Source of the DNA: a virus
Taxonomy: Duplodnaviria > Heunggongvirae > Uroviricota > Caudoviricetes
DNA length: 31,296 nt
Direction: 5' to 3' (one strand)
IMG/VR virus record: IMGVR_UViG_2681813268_000004
Shown: positions 18,540 through 27,911 of the stretch, one piece after another
How positions within the stretch are numbered: the stretch's first letter is position 1
Layout of the letters: every line of letters starts with the position of its first letter
Made by a program: the position numbers and the translations under genes
The notes under the pieces: model-generated
The model's database searches: none
Told to the model about the DNA's origin: nothing
The model's input: the letters and a program-made list of their open reading frames with translations, nothing else

Positions 18540-18865
18540 AAACCTTCCGCTGGAAAGTGAAACCCGGGATGGATGTGACATCGGCTCCTTCCGTCAGGGA
18601 GGTGCGCTTTGGTGATGGCTATTCCCAGCGTGCGCCTGCCGGGCTGAACGCTGACCTGAAAACGTACAGCGTGACGCTGTCTGTCTCCCGTGAGGAGGCC
18701 ACGGCGCTGGAGTCGTTTCTGGAAGAGCACGGGGGCTGGAAAGCCTTTCTGTGGACGCCGCCTTATGAGTGGCGGCAGATAAAGGTGACCTGCGCAAAAT
18801 GGTCGTCGCGGGTCAGTATGTTGCGTGTTGAGTTCAGCGCAGAGTTTAAACAGGTGGTGAACTGA
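18536..18865 (+). CDS. M: Minor tail protein M
   Basis: 109 aa; MKTFRWKVKPGMDV...PSVR.VRFGDGYSQRAPAGLNA.LKTYSVTLSV.REEAT.LESFLEEHGGWK.FLWTPPYEWRQIKVTCAKWSSRVSML matches lambda gpM by recall. Confidence 0.9.
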   Translation: MKTFRWKVKPGMDVTSAPSVREVRFGDGYSQRAPAGLNADLKTYSVTLSVSREEATALESFLEEHGGWKAFLWTPPYEWRQIKVTCAKWSSRVSMLRVEFSAEFKQVVN

Positions 18866-19563
18866 TGCAGGATATCCGGCAGGAAACACTGAATGAATGC
18901 ACCCGTGCGGAGCAGTCGGCCAGCGTGGTGCTCTGGGAAATCGATCTGACAGAGGTCGGTGGAGAACGTTATTTTTTCTGTAATGAGCAGAACGAAAAAG
19001 GTGAGCCGGTCACCTGGCAGGGGAGGCAGTATCAGGCGTATCCCATTCAGGGGAGCGGTTTTGAACTGAATGGCAAAGGCACCAGTACGCGGCCCACGCT
19101 GGCAGTCTCTAACCTGTACGGCATGGTCACCGGTATGGTGGAAGATATGCAGAGTCTGGTCGGCGGAACGGTGGTCCGGCGTAAGGTTTACGCCCGTTTT
19201 CTGGATGCGGTGAACTTCGTCAACGGAAACAGAGACGCCGATCCGGAGCAGGAGGTGATCAGCCGCTGGCGCATCGAGCAGTGCAGCGAACTGAGCGCGG
19301 TGAGTGCCTCCTTTGTACTGTCCACGCCGACGGAAACGGATGGCGCTGTTTTTCCGGGGCGTATCATGCTGGCCAACACCTGCACCTGGACCTATCGCGG
19401 CGATGAGTGCGGTTATCACGGTCCGGCGGTCGCGGATGAATATGACCAGCCAACGTCCGATATCACGAAGGATAAATGCAGCAAATGCCTGAGCGGTTGT
19501 AAGTTCCGCAATAACGTCGGCAACTTTGGCGGCTTCCTTTCCATTAACAAACTTTCGCAGTAA
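18865..19563 (+). CDS. L: Minor tail protein L (block 1 allele)
   Basis: 232 aa; TGATG overlap with M; cysteine-rich C-terminus (..CTWTYRGDECGY..KCSKCLSGCKFRNN..). Confidence 0.9.
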   Translation: MQDIRQETLNECTRAEQSASVVLWEIDLTEVGGERYFFCNEQNEKGEPVTWQGRQYQAYPIQGSGFELNGKGTSTRPTLAVSNLYGMVTGMVEDMQSLVGGTVVRRKVYARFLDAVNFVNGNRDADPEQEVISRWRIEQCSELSAVSASFVLSTPTETDGAVFPGRIMLANTCTWTYRGDECGYHGPAVADEYDQPTSDITKDKCSKCLSGCKFRNNVGNFGGFLSINKLSQ

Positions 19564-19574
19564 NNNNNNNNNNN
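19564..19574. other. 11-N gap or junction
   Basis: n run read directly; sequence resumes inside M. Confidence 0.95.
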
Positions 19575-19723
19575 TTCTGGAAGAGCACGGGGGCTGGAAA
19601 GCCTTTCTGTGGACGCCGCCTTATGAGTGGCGGCAGATAAAGGTGACCTGCGCAAAATGGTCGTCGCGGGTCAGTATGCTGCGTGTTGAGTTCAGCGCAG
19701 AGTTTGAACAGGTGGTGAACTGA
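19575..19723 (+). CDS. M: M, 3' fragment (5' end cut by the N junction)
   Basis: Matches 18716..18865 of the complete M with one change (K to E near the C-terminus). Confidence 0.6.
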
Positions 19724-20421
19724 TGCAGGATATCCGGCAGGAAACACTGAATGAATGCACCCGTGCGGAGCAGTCGGCCAGCGTGGTGCTCTGGGAAATC
19801 GATCTGACAGAGGTCGGTGGAGAACGTTATTTTTTCTGTAATGAGCAGAACGAAAAAGGTGAGCCGGTCACCTGGCAGGGGCGACAGTATCAGCCGTATC
19901 CCATTCAGGGGAGTGGTTTTGAACTGAATGGCAAAGGCACCAGTACGCGCCCCACGCTGATGGTTTCTAACCTGTACGGTATGGTCACCGGGATGGCGGA
20001 AGATCTACAGAGTCTGGTCGGCGGAACGGTGGTCCGGCGTAAGGTTTACGCCCGTTTTCTGGATGCGGTGAACTTCGTCAACGGAAACAGTGACGCCGAT
20101 CCGGAGCAGGAGGTGATCAGCCGCTGGCGCATTGAGCAGTGCAGCGAACTGAGCGCGGTGAGTGCCTCTTTTGTACTGTCCACGCCGACGGAAACAGATG
20201 GCGCTGTTTTTCCGGGACGTATCATGCTGGCCAACACCTGCACCTGGACCTATCGCGGCGATGAGTGCGGTTATCACGGTCCGGCGGTCGCGGATGAATA
20301 TGACCAGCCAACGTCCGACATCACGAAGGATAAATGCAGCAAATGCCTGAGTGGTTGTAAGTTCCGCAATAACGTCGGCAACTTTGGCGGCTTCCTTTCC
20401 ATTAACAAACTTTCGCAGTAA
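19723..20421 (+). CDS. L: Minor tail protein L (block 2 allele)
   Basis: 232 aa; differs from the block-1 L at a few residues (QAYP/QPYP, TLAVS/TLMVS, GNRD/GNSD). Confidence 0.85.
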   Translation: MQDIRQETLNECTRAEQSASVVLWEIDLTEVGGERYFFCNEQNEKGEPVTWQGRQYQPYPIQGSGFELNGKGTSTRPTLMVSNLYGMVTGMAEDLQSLVGGTVVRRKVYARFLDAVNFVNGNSDADPEQEVISRWRIEQCSELSAVSASFVLSTPTETDGAVFPGRIMLANTCTWTYRGDECGYHGPAVADEYDQPTSDITKDKCSKCLSGCKFRNNVGNFGGFLSINKLSQ

Positions 20422-20426
20422 ATCCC

Positions 20427-21170
20427 ATGACAGAGACAGAATCAGCGATTCTGGCGCACGCCCGGCGATGTGCGCCAGCGGAGTCGTGTGGCTTCGTGGT
20501 AAGAACGCCGGAGGGAGACAGGTATCTTCCCAGCGAGAATATCTCCGGTGAGCCGGAGGAACGGTTCCGGATGGCTCCGGAGGACTGGCTGCGGGCACAA
20601 ATGCAGGGTGAGATTGTGGCGCTGGTCCACAGTCATCCCGGTGGTCTGCCCTGGCTGAGTGAGGCTGACCGGCGGCTGCAGGTGCAGAGTGATTTGCCGT
20701 GGTGGCTGGTCTGCCGGGGGGCGATTCACAAGTTCCGCTGTGTGCCGCATCTCACCGGGCGGCGCTTTGAGCACGGGGTGACGGACTGTTACACGCTGTT
20801 CCGGGATGCTTATCATCTGGCAGGGATTGAGATGCCGGATTTTCATCGCGGGGATGACTGGTGGCGTAACGGTCAGAATCTCTATCTTGACAATATGGAG
20901 GTGACGGGTTTTTACCGTGTCGCACTGACAGAGGCACAGCCGGGCGATGTGCTGCTGTGCTGTTTTGGTTCATCGGTGCCGAATCATGCCGCCATTTACT
21001 GTGGTGACGGCGAGCTGCTGCACCATATTCCTGAACAACTGAGCAAACGAGAGAGGTACACCGACAAATGGCAGCGACGCACACACTCCCTCTGGCGTCA
21101 CCGGGCATGGCGCGCATCTGCCTTTACGGGGATTTACAACGATTTGGTCGCCGCATCGACCTTCGTGTGA
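20427..21170 (+). CDS. K: Tail tip assembly protein K; JAMM/MPN metalloprotease-like N-domain plus NlpC/P60-like C-domain
   Basis: 247 aa; JAMM motif E..HSHPGGLPWLSEAD (H-x-H-x7-S-x2-D) and a Cys/His pair (DCYTLF ... NHAAIY) read directly. Confidence 0.85.
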   Translation: MTETESAILAHARRCAPAESCGFVVRTPEGDRYLPSENISGEPEERFRMAPEDWLRAQMQGEIVALVHSHPGGLPWLSEADRRLQVQSDLPWWLVCRGAIHKFRCVPHLTGRRFEHGVTDCYTLFRDAYHLAGIEMPDFHRGDDWWRNGQNLYLDNMEVTGFYRVALTEAQPGDVLLCCFGSSVPNHAAIYCGDGELLHHIPEQLSKRERYTDKWQRRTHSLWRHRAWRASAFTGIYNDLVAASTFV

Positions 21171-21709
21171 AAACGGGGGCTGAAGCCATCCGGGCACTGG
21201 CCACACAGCTCCCGGCGTTTCGTCAGAAACTGAGTGACGGCTGGTATCAGGTGCGCATTGCCGGGCGTGATGCAGGTGAAACCGAATTGTCTGCCCGTCT
21301 TAATGAGCCGCTGGCAAATGGTGCAGTGATCCACATAGTACCGCGTCTGGTGGGAGCTAAAAGTGGCGGTGTGTTTCAGGCGGTGCTGGGGGCGGCTGTT
21401 ATGGCGGTTGCTATATGGATGCCGGGGGTAGGAATTATGGCGAGTAATCTGCTGTTTTCTCTCGGTGCCAGTATGACGCTTGGCGGTGTTGCACAGATGC
21501 TGGCACCGAAAGCCAGAACTCCCCGTACACAGACAACGGATAACGGTAAGCAGAACACGTATTTCTCGTCACTGGATAACATGGTTGCCCAGGGCAATGT
21601 TCTGCCCGTTCTGTACGGTGAAATGCGCGTGGGGTCACGTGTGGTTTCTCAGGAGATCAGCACGGCAGACGAAGGGGATGGTGGTCAGGTTGTGGTGATT
21701 GGTCGCTGA
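21068..21709 (+). CDS. I: Tail tip assembly protein I (allele with ..DAGETELSARLNEPLANG.. centre)
   Basis: 213 aa; starts inside the 3' end of K in another frame; conserved N-terminus MAATHTLPLASPGMARICLYGDLQRFGRRIDL and C-terminus ..GEMRVGSRVVSQEISTADEGDGGQVVVIGR. Confidence 0.85.
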   Translation: MAATHTLPLASPGMARICLYGDLQRFGRRIDLRVKTGAEAIRALATQLPAFRQKLSDGWYQVRIAGRDAGETELSARLNEPLANGAVIHIVPRLVGAKSGGVFQAVLGAAVMAVAIWMPGVGIMASNLLFSLGASMTLGGVAQMLAPKARTPRTQTTDNGKQNTYFSSLDNMVAQGNVLPVLYGEMRVGSRVVSQEISTADEGDGGQVVVIGR

Positions 21710-21769
21710 TGCAAAATGTTTTATGTGAAACCGCCTGCGGGCGGTTTTGTCGTTTATGGAGCGTGAGGA

Positions 21770-22371
21770 ATGGGTAAAGGCAGCAGTAAGGGGCATACCC
21801 CGCGCGAAGCGAAGGACAACCTGAAATCCACGCAGTTGCTGAGTGTGATTGATGCCATCAGCGAAGGGCCGGTTGACGGTCCGGTGGATGGATTAAAAAG
21901 CGTGCTGCTGAACGGTACGCCGGTCCTGGACAGCGAGGGGAAGACAAACTTTTCCGGTGTTACGGTGGTGTTCCGTGCAGGTGAGCAGGAGCAGACACCG
22001 CCGGAGGGTTTTGAATCCTCCGGCTCCGAGACGGTGCTGGGTACGGAAGTGAAATATGACACGCCGATCACCCGGACCATCACGTCGGCAAACATCGACC
22101 GTCTGCGCCTGACCTTCGGTGTGCAGGCACTGGTGGAAACCACCTCAAAGGGTGACCGGAATCCGTCGGAAGTCCGCCTGCTGGTTCAGATACAGCGTAA
22201 CGGTGGCTGGGTGACGGAAAAAGACATCACCATTAAGGGCAAAACCACTTCGCAGTATCTGGCCTCGGTGGTGGTGGGTAACCTGCCGCCGCGCCCGTTT
22301 AATATCCGGATGCGCAGGATGACACCGGACAGCACCACAGACCAGCTGCAGAACAAAACGCTCTGGTCGTC
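21770..22371 (+). CDS. J: Tail tip / host-specificity protein J, 5' fragment (cut by N gap)
   Basis: MGKGSSKGHTPREAKDNLKSTQLLSVIDAISEGP.. matches the lambda gpJ N-terminus by recall; preceded by a ccgcc-tgcg-ggcgg hairpin. Confidence 0.8.
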
Positions 22372-22382
22372 NNNNNNNNNNN
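22372..22382. other. 11-N gap or junction
   Basis: n run read directly; sequence resumes at the same internal M position as after the first gap. Confidence 0.95.
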
Positions 22383-22531
22383 TTCTGGAAGAGCACGGGG
22401 GCTGGAAAGCCTTTCTGTGGACGCCGCCTTATGAGTGGCGGCAGATAAAGGTGACCTGCGCAAAATGGTCGTCGCGGGTCAGTATGCTGCGTGTTGAGTT
22501 CAGCGCAGAGTTTGAACAGGTGGTGAACTGA
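22383..22531 (+). CDS. M: M, 3' fragment (second redundant copy)
   Basis: Same sequence as 19575..19723. Confidence 0.6.
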
Positions 22532-23229
22532 TGCAGGATATCCGGCAGGAAACACTGAATGAATGCACCCGTGCGGAGCAGTCGGCCAGCGTGGTGCTCT
22601 GGGAAATCGATCTGACAGAGGTCGGTGGAGAACGTTATTTTTTCTGTAATGAGCAGAACGAAAAAGGTGAGCCGGTCACCTGGCAGGGGCGACAGTATCA
22701 GCCGTATCCCATTCAGGGGAGTGGTTTTGAACTGAATGGCAAAGGCACCAGTACGCGCCCCACGCTGATGGTTTCTAACCTGTACGGTATGGTCACCGGG
22801 ATGGCGGAAGATCTACAGAGTCTGGTCGGCGGAACGGTGGTCCGGCGTAAGGTTTACGCCCGTTTTCTGGATGCGGTGAACTTCGTCAACGGAAACAGTG
22901 ACGCCGATCCGGAGCAGGAGGTGATCAGCCGCTGGCGCATTGAGCAGTGCAGCGAACTGAGCGCGGTGAGTGCCTCTTTTGTACTGTCCACGCCGACGGA
23001 AACAGATGGCGCTGTTTTTCCGGGACGTATCATGCTGGCCAACACCTGCACCTGGACCTATCGCGGCGATGAGTGCGGTTATCACGGTCCGGCGGTCGCG
23101 GATGAATATGACCAGCCAACGTCCGACATCACGAAGGATAAATGCAGCAAATGCCTGAGTGGCTGTAAGTTTCGCAATAACGTCGGCAACTTTGGCGGCT
23201 TCCTTTCCATTAACAAACTTTCGCAGTAA
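22531..23229 (+). CDS. L: Minor tail protein L (block 3; protein identical to block 2)
   Basis: 232 aa; same translation as 19723..20421. Confidence 0.85.
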   Translation: MQDIRQETLNECTRAEQSASVVLWEIDLTEVGGERYFFCNEQNEKGEPVTWQGRQYQPYPIQGSGFELNGKGTSTRPTLMVSNLYGMVTGMAEDLQSLVGGTVVRRKVYARFLDAVNFVNGNSDADPEQEVISRWRIEQCSELSAVSASFVLSTPTETDGAVFPGRIMLANTCTWTYRGDECGYHGPAVADEYDQPTSDITKDKCSKCLSGCKFRNNVGNFGGFLSINKLSQ

Positions 23230-23234
23230 ATCCC

Positions 23235-23978
23235 ATGACAGAGACAGAATCAGCGATTCTGGCGCACGCCCGGCGATGTGCTCCAGCGGAGTCGTGCGGC
23301 TTCGTGGTAAGAACGCCGGAGGGGGAAAGATATTTCCCCTGCGTGAATATCTCCGGTGAGCCGGAGGCGTATTTCCGTATGTCGCCGGAAGACTGGCTGC
23401 AGGCAGAGATGCAGGGTGAGATTGTGGCACTGGTCCACAGCCACCCCGGTGGTCTGCCCTGGCTGAGTGAGGCCGACCGGCGGCTGCAGGTGCAGAGTGA
23501 TTTGCCGTGGTGGCTGGTCTGCCGGGGGGCGATTCACAAGTTCCGCTGTGTGCCACATCTTACCGGGCGGCGCTTTGAGCACGGGGTGACGGACTGTTAC
23601 ACGCTGTTCCGGGATGCTTACCATCTGGCGGGGATTGAGATGCCGGATTTTCATCGTGAGGATGACTGGTGGCGTCACGGTCAGAATCTCTATCTGGATA
23701 ATCTGGAGGCCACAGGGCTGTATCAGGTGCCGTTGTCAGCGGCGCAGCCGGGCGATGTGCTGCTGTGCTGTTTTGGTTCATCGGTGCCGAATCATGCCGC
23801 CATTTACTGTGGTGACGGCGAGCTGCTGCACCATATTCCTGAACAACTGAGCAAACGAGAGAGGTATACCGACAAATGGCAGCGACGCACACACTCCCTC
23901 TGGCGTCACCGGGCATGGCACGCATCTGCCTTTACGGGGATTTGCAACGATTTGGCCGCCGCATCGACCTTCGTGTGA
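23235..23978 (+). CDS. K: Tail tip assembly protein K (block 3 allele)
   Basis: 247 aa; same JAMM and Cys/His motifs; differs from block 2 in patches (EGERYFPCVNISGEPEAYFRMSPEDWLQAEMQ versus EGDRYLPSENISGEPEERFRMAPEDWLRAQMQ). Confidence 0.85.
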   Translation: MTETESAILAHARRCAPAESCGFVVRTPEGERYFPCVNISGEPEAYFRMSPEDWLQAEMQGEIVALVHSHPGGLPWLSEADRRLQVQSDLPWWLVCRGAIHKFRCVPHLTGRRFEHGVTDCYTLFRDAYHLAGIEMPDFHREDDWWRHGQNLYLDNLEATGLYQVPLSAAQPGDVLLCCFGSSVPNHAAIYCGDGELLHHIPEQLSKRERYTDKWQRRTHSLWRHRAWHASAFTGICNDLAAASTFV

Positions 23979-24547
23979 AAACGGGTGCCGAAGCCATCCG
24001 GGCGATGGCCACACAGCTCCCTGCGTTTCGTCAGAAGCTGAGCGACGGCTGGTATCAGGTGCGTATTGCCGGGCAGGATGTTAGCACGTCCGGATTAACG
24101 GCACAGTTACATGAGGCTCTGCCTGACGGCGCTGTGATTCATATTGTTCCCAGAGTCGCCGGGGCCAAGTCAGGTGGTGTATTCCAGATTGTCCTGGGAG
24201 CAGCCGCCATTGCCGGATCATTCTTTACCGCCGGAGCCACCCTTGCAGCATGGGGGGCTGCCATTGGTGCCGGTGGTATGACCGGCATTCTGTTTTCTCT
24301 CGGTGCCAGTATGGTGCTCGGCGGTGTGGCTCAGATGCTGGCACCGAAAGCCAGAACTCCCCGCACACAGACAACGGATAACGGTAAGCAGAACACCTAT
24401 TTCTCCTCACTGGATAACATGGTTGCCCAGGGCAATGTTATGCCTGTTCTGTATGGTGAAATGCGCGTGGGGTCACGTGTGGTATCTCAGGAGATCAGCA
24501 CGGCAGACGAAGGGGACGGTGGTCAGGTTGTGGTGATTGGTCGCTGA
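23876..24547 (+). CDS. I: Tail tip assembly protein I (allele with ..DVSTSGLTAQLHEALPDG.. centre)
   Basis: 223 aa; conserved ends, divergent glycine/alanine-rich hydrophobic middle. Confidence 0.85.
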   Translation: MAATHTLPLASPGMARICLYGDLQRFGRRIDLRVKTGAEAIRAMATQLPAFRQKLSDGWYQVRIAGQDVSTSGLTAQLHEALPDGAVIHIVPRVAGAKSGGVFQIVLGAAAIAGSFFTAGATLAAWGAAIGAGGMTGILFSLGASMVLGGVAQMLAPKARTPRTQTTDNGKQNTYFSSLDNMVAQGNVMPVLYGEMRVGSRVVSQEISTADEGDGGQVVVIGR

Positions 24548-24607
24548 TGCAAAATGTTTTATGTGAAATCGCCTCCGGGCGGTTTTATCGTTTATGGAGC
24601 ATGACGA

Positions 24608-24832
24608 ATGGGTAAAGGCAGCAGTAAGGGGCATACCCCGCGCGAAGCGAAGGACAACCTGAAGTCCACGCAGCTGCTGAGTGTGATCGATGCCATCAGC
24701 GAAGGGCCGGTTGAAGGTCCGGTGGATGGATTAAAAAGCGTGCTGCTGAACAGTACGCCGGTGCTGGACAGTGAGGGGAATACCAACATCTCCGGCGTCA
24801 CGGTGGTGTTCCGGGCAGGTGAGCAGGAGCAG
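24608..24832 (+). CDS. J: J, 5' fragment (cut by the N at 24833)
   Basis: Begins MGKGSSKGHTPREAK..; ends at the N junction, after which the sequence is mid-K. Confidence 0.7.
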
Positions 24833-24833
24833 N

Positions 24834-25367
24834 CCCGGTGGTCTGCCCTGGCTGAGTGAGGCTGACCGGCGGCTGCAGGTGCAGAGTGATTTGCCGTGGT
24901 GGCTGGTCTGCCGGGGGGCGATTCATAAGTTCCGCTGTGTGCCGCATCTCACCGGGCGGCGCTTTGAGCACGGGGTGACGGACTGTTACACGCTGTTCCG
25001 GGATGCTTATCATCTGGCGGGGATTGAGATGCCGAATTTTCATCGCGGGGATGACTGGTGGCGTCACGGTCAGAATCTCTATCTTGACAATATGGAGGCT
25101 ACTGGTTTTTACCGTGTCGCACTGACAGAGGCGCAGCCGGGCGATGTGCTGCTGTGCTGTTTTGGTTCATCGGTGCCGAATCATGCCGCCATTTACTGTG
25201 GTGACGGCGAGCTGCTGCACCATATTCCTGAACAACTGAGCAAACGAGAGAGGTATACCGACAAATGGCAGCGACGCACACACTCCCTCTGGCGTCACCG
25301 GGCATGGCACGCATCTGCCTTTACGGGGATTTGCAACGATTTGGCCGCCGCATCGACCTTCGTGTGA
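24834..25367 (+). CDS. K: K, 3' fragment (begins at ..PGGLPWLSEADRR.. after the N junction)
   Basis: In-frame continuation of the K C-terminal two-thirds; the listed ORF 24771..25367 is a J-K chimera across the N. Confidence 0.6.
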   Translation, partial: PGGLPWLSEADRRLQVQSDLPWWLVCRGAIHKFRCVPHLTGRRFEHGVTDCYTLFRDAYHLAGIEMPNFHRGDDWWRHGQNLYLDNMEATGFYRVALTEAQPGDVLLCCFGSSVPNHAAIYCGDGELLHHIPEQLSKRERYTDKWQRRTHSLWRHRAWHASAFTGICNDLAAASTFV

Positions 25368-25936
25368 AAACGGGTGCCGAAGCCATCCGGGCGATGGCCA
25401 CACAGCTCCCTGCGTTTCGTCAGAAGCTGAGCGACGGCTGGTATCAGGTGCGTATTGCCGGGCAGGATGTTAGCACGTCCGGATTAACGGCACAGTTACA
25501 TGAGGCTCTGCCTGACGGCGCTGTGATTCATATTGTTCCCAGAGTCGCCGGGGCCAAGTCAGGTGGTGTATTCCAGATTGTCCTGGGAGCAGCCGCCATT
25601 GCCGGATCATTCTTTACCGCCGGAGCCACCCTTGCAGCATGGGGGGCTGCCATTGGTGCCGGTGGTATGACCGGCATTCTGTTTTCTCTCGGTGCCAGTA
25701 TGGTGCTCGGCGGTGTGGCTCAGATGCTGGCACCGAAAGCCAGAACTCCCCGCACACAGACAACGGATAACGGTAAGCAGAACACCTATTTCTCCTCACT
25801 GGATAACATGGTTGCCCAGGGCAATGTTATGCCTGTTCTGTATGGTGAAATGCGCGTGGGGTCACGTGTGGTATCTCAGGAGATCAGCACGGCAGACGAA
25901 GGGGACGGTGGTCAGGTTGTGGTGATTGGTCGCTGA
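25265..25936 (+). CDS. I: Tail tip assembly protein I (same allele as 23876..24547)
   Basis: 223 aa; translation identical to the block-3 I. Confidence 0.85.
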   Translation: MAATHTLPLASPGMARICLYGDLQRFGRRIDLRVKTGAEAIRAMATQLPAFRQKLSDGWYQVRIAGQDVSTSGLTAQLHEALPDGAVIHIVPRVAGAKSGGVFQIVLGAAAIAGSFFTAGATLAAWGAAIGAGGMTGILFSLGASMVLGGVAQMLAPKARTPRTQTTDNGKQNTYFSSLDNMVAQGNVMPVLYGEMRVGSRVVSQEISTADEGDGGQVVVIGR

Positions 25937-25996
25937 TGCAAAATGTTTTATGTGAAATCGCCTCCGGGCGGTTTTATCGTTTATGGAGCATGACGA

Positions 25997-26655
25997 ATGG
26001 GTAAAGGCAGCAGTAAGGGGCATACCCCGCGCGAAGCGAAGGACAACCTGAAGTCCACGCAGCTGCTGAGTGTGATCGATGCCATCAGCGAAGGGCCGGT
26101 TGAAGGTCCGGTGGATGGATTAAAAAGCGTGCTGCTGAACAGTACGCCGGTGCTGGACAGTGAGGGGAATACCAACATCTCCGGCGTCACGGTGGTGTTC
26201 CGGGCAGGTGAGCAGGAGCAGTCACCGCCGGAGGGATTTGAATCCTCCGGCTCCGAGACGGTGCTGGGTACGGAAGTGAAATATGACACGCCGATCACCC
26301 GGACCATCACGTCGGCAAACATTGACCGACTGCGTTTTACCTTCGGTGTACAGGCACTGGTGGAAACCACCTCAAAGGGAGACAGGAATCCGTCTGAAGT
26401 TCGCCTGCTGGTTCAGATACAGCGTAACGGTGGCTGGGTGACGGAAAAAGACATCACCATTAAGGGCAAAACCACCTCGCAGTATCTGGCCTCGGTGGTG
26501 GTGGATAACCTGCCGCCGCGCCCGTTTAATATCCGGATGCGCAGAATGACGCCGGACAGCACCACAGACCAGCTGCAGAACAAAACGCTCTGGTCGTCAT
26601 ACACCGAAATCATCGATGTGAAACAGTGCTACCCGAACACGGCACTGGTCGGCGT
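25997..26655 (+). CDS. J: J, 5' fragment (cut by the N at 26656)
   Basis: gpJ N-terminal 219 codons. Confidence 0.7.
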
Positions 26656-26656
26656 N

Positions 26657-26894
26657 GGCGCAGCCGGGCGATGTGCTGCTGTGCTGTTTTGGTTCATCGG
26701 TGCCGAATCATGCCGCCATTTACTGTGGTGACGGCGAGCTGCTGCACCATATTCCTGAACAACTGAGCAAACGAGAGAGGTACACCGACAAATGGCAGCG
26801 ACGCACACACTCCCTCTGGCGTCACCGGGCATGGCACGCATCTGCCTTTACGGGGATTTGCAACGATTTGGCCGCCGCATCGACCTTCGTGTGA
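26657..26894 (+). CDS. K: K, 3' fragment (begins at ..AQPGDVLLCCFGSS.. after the N junction)
   Basis: In-frame K C-terminal 79 codons. Confidence 0.55.
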
Positions 26895-27433
26895 AAACGG
26901 GGGCTGAAGCCATCCGGGCACTGGCCACACAGCTCCCGGCGTTTCGTCAGAAACTGAGCGATGGCTGGTATCAGGTACGGATTGCCGGGCGGGATGCAGG
27001 AGAAACCGAATTATCATCCCGTCTTAATGAGCCGCTGGCAAATGGTGCCGTGATCCACATCGTGCCGCGTCTTGCGGGAGCAAAAAGTGGCGGTGTGTTT
27101 CAGGCGGTGCTGGGTGCGGCGTTGATTGCTACGGCAATCTGGATGCCGGGGATCAGTATCGCTTTCAGTGACATTCTCTTTTCAATGGGTGCGGCGATGA
27201 CGCTTGGTGGTGTGGCGCAGATGCTGGCACCGAAAGCCAGAACTCCCCGTACACAGACAACGGATAACGGCAAACAGAACACCTATTTCTCCTCACTGGA
27301 TAACATGGTTGCCCAGGGCAATGTCCTGCCTGTTCTGTACGGTGAAATGCGCGTGGGGTCACGTGTGGCATCTCAGGAGATCAGCACGGCAGATGAAGGG
27401 GATGGTGGTCAGGTTGTGGTAATTGGGCGGTAA
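26792..27433 (+). CDS. I: Tail tip assembly protein I (third allele; centre ..AALIATAIWMPGISIAFSDILFSMGAAMTLGG..)
   Basis: 213 aa; conserved ends with a distinct central hydrophobic segment. Confidence 0.85.
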   Translation: MAATHTLPLASPGMARICLYGDLQRFGRRIDLRVKTGAEAIRALATQLPAFRQKLSDGWYQVRIAGRDAGETELSSRLNEPLANGAVIHIVPRLAGAKSGGVFQAVLGAALIATAIWMPGISIAFSDILFSMGAAMTLGGVAQMLAPKARTPRTQTTDNGKQNTYFSSLDNMVAQGNVLPVLYGEMRVGSRVASQEISTADEGDGGQVVVIGR

Positions 27434-27506
27434 TATTATTTTACTCATGTTCTAACTGATTTAATATTTATATCGAACACTGATAATTATTCTATTGGTT
27501 AGCTAT

Positions 27507-27845
27507 ATGAACAAAACGATTTTATTCTGCACGATTATTGCCTTAACAGGATGTAAATCTTTGGATTACGTAAAATCCGGAAAACCTGTAATGGAAGGTA
27601 ATTCATTAAAAAATATTGATGAATTGTCAGGCTGCATATCCAGACAATGGGCTGGTAATGGAACACCTATAACATCCCTTCCTATTGAGAATGGGGTAAG
27701 CCTTTTAGTTCCACAGGCTATGGGGGGATATGATGTTGTGCTTGATATCAAAAAAGCAGGAAATGGCAGTAGTTTTACTCTTTATGAACGTGTACCAGCA
27801 TTAACGCCAAAAATTTTTGCTGATAGTGTTAATGCATGTAAATAA
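27507..27845 (+). CDS. Predicted lipoprotein (moron) inserted between I and J; 112 aa precursor with lipobox LTGC
   Basis: ATG 27507; signal peptide MNKTILFCTIIALTGC with Cys16 and Lys at +2; visibly AT-rich island 27434-27911 (the only one in the window); followed by hairpin gagccgcc tttt gggcggct and a T-rich run before J. Confidence 0.65.
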   Translation: MNKTILFCTIIALTGCKSLDYVKSGKPVMEGNSLKNIDELSGCISRQWAGNGTPITSLPIENGVSLLVPQAMGGYDVVLDIKKAGNGSSFTLYERVPALTPKIFADSVNACK

Positions 27846-27911
27846 TAGTTAATCCTGTCGTAACTCATGAGCCGCCTTTTGGGCGGCTTTGTTGTTTATG
27901 GAGTGTGAGGA

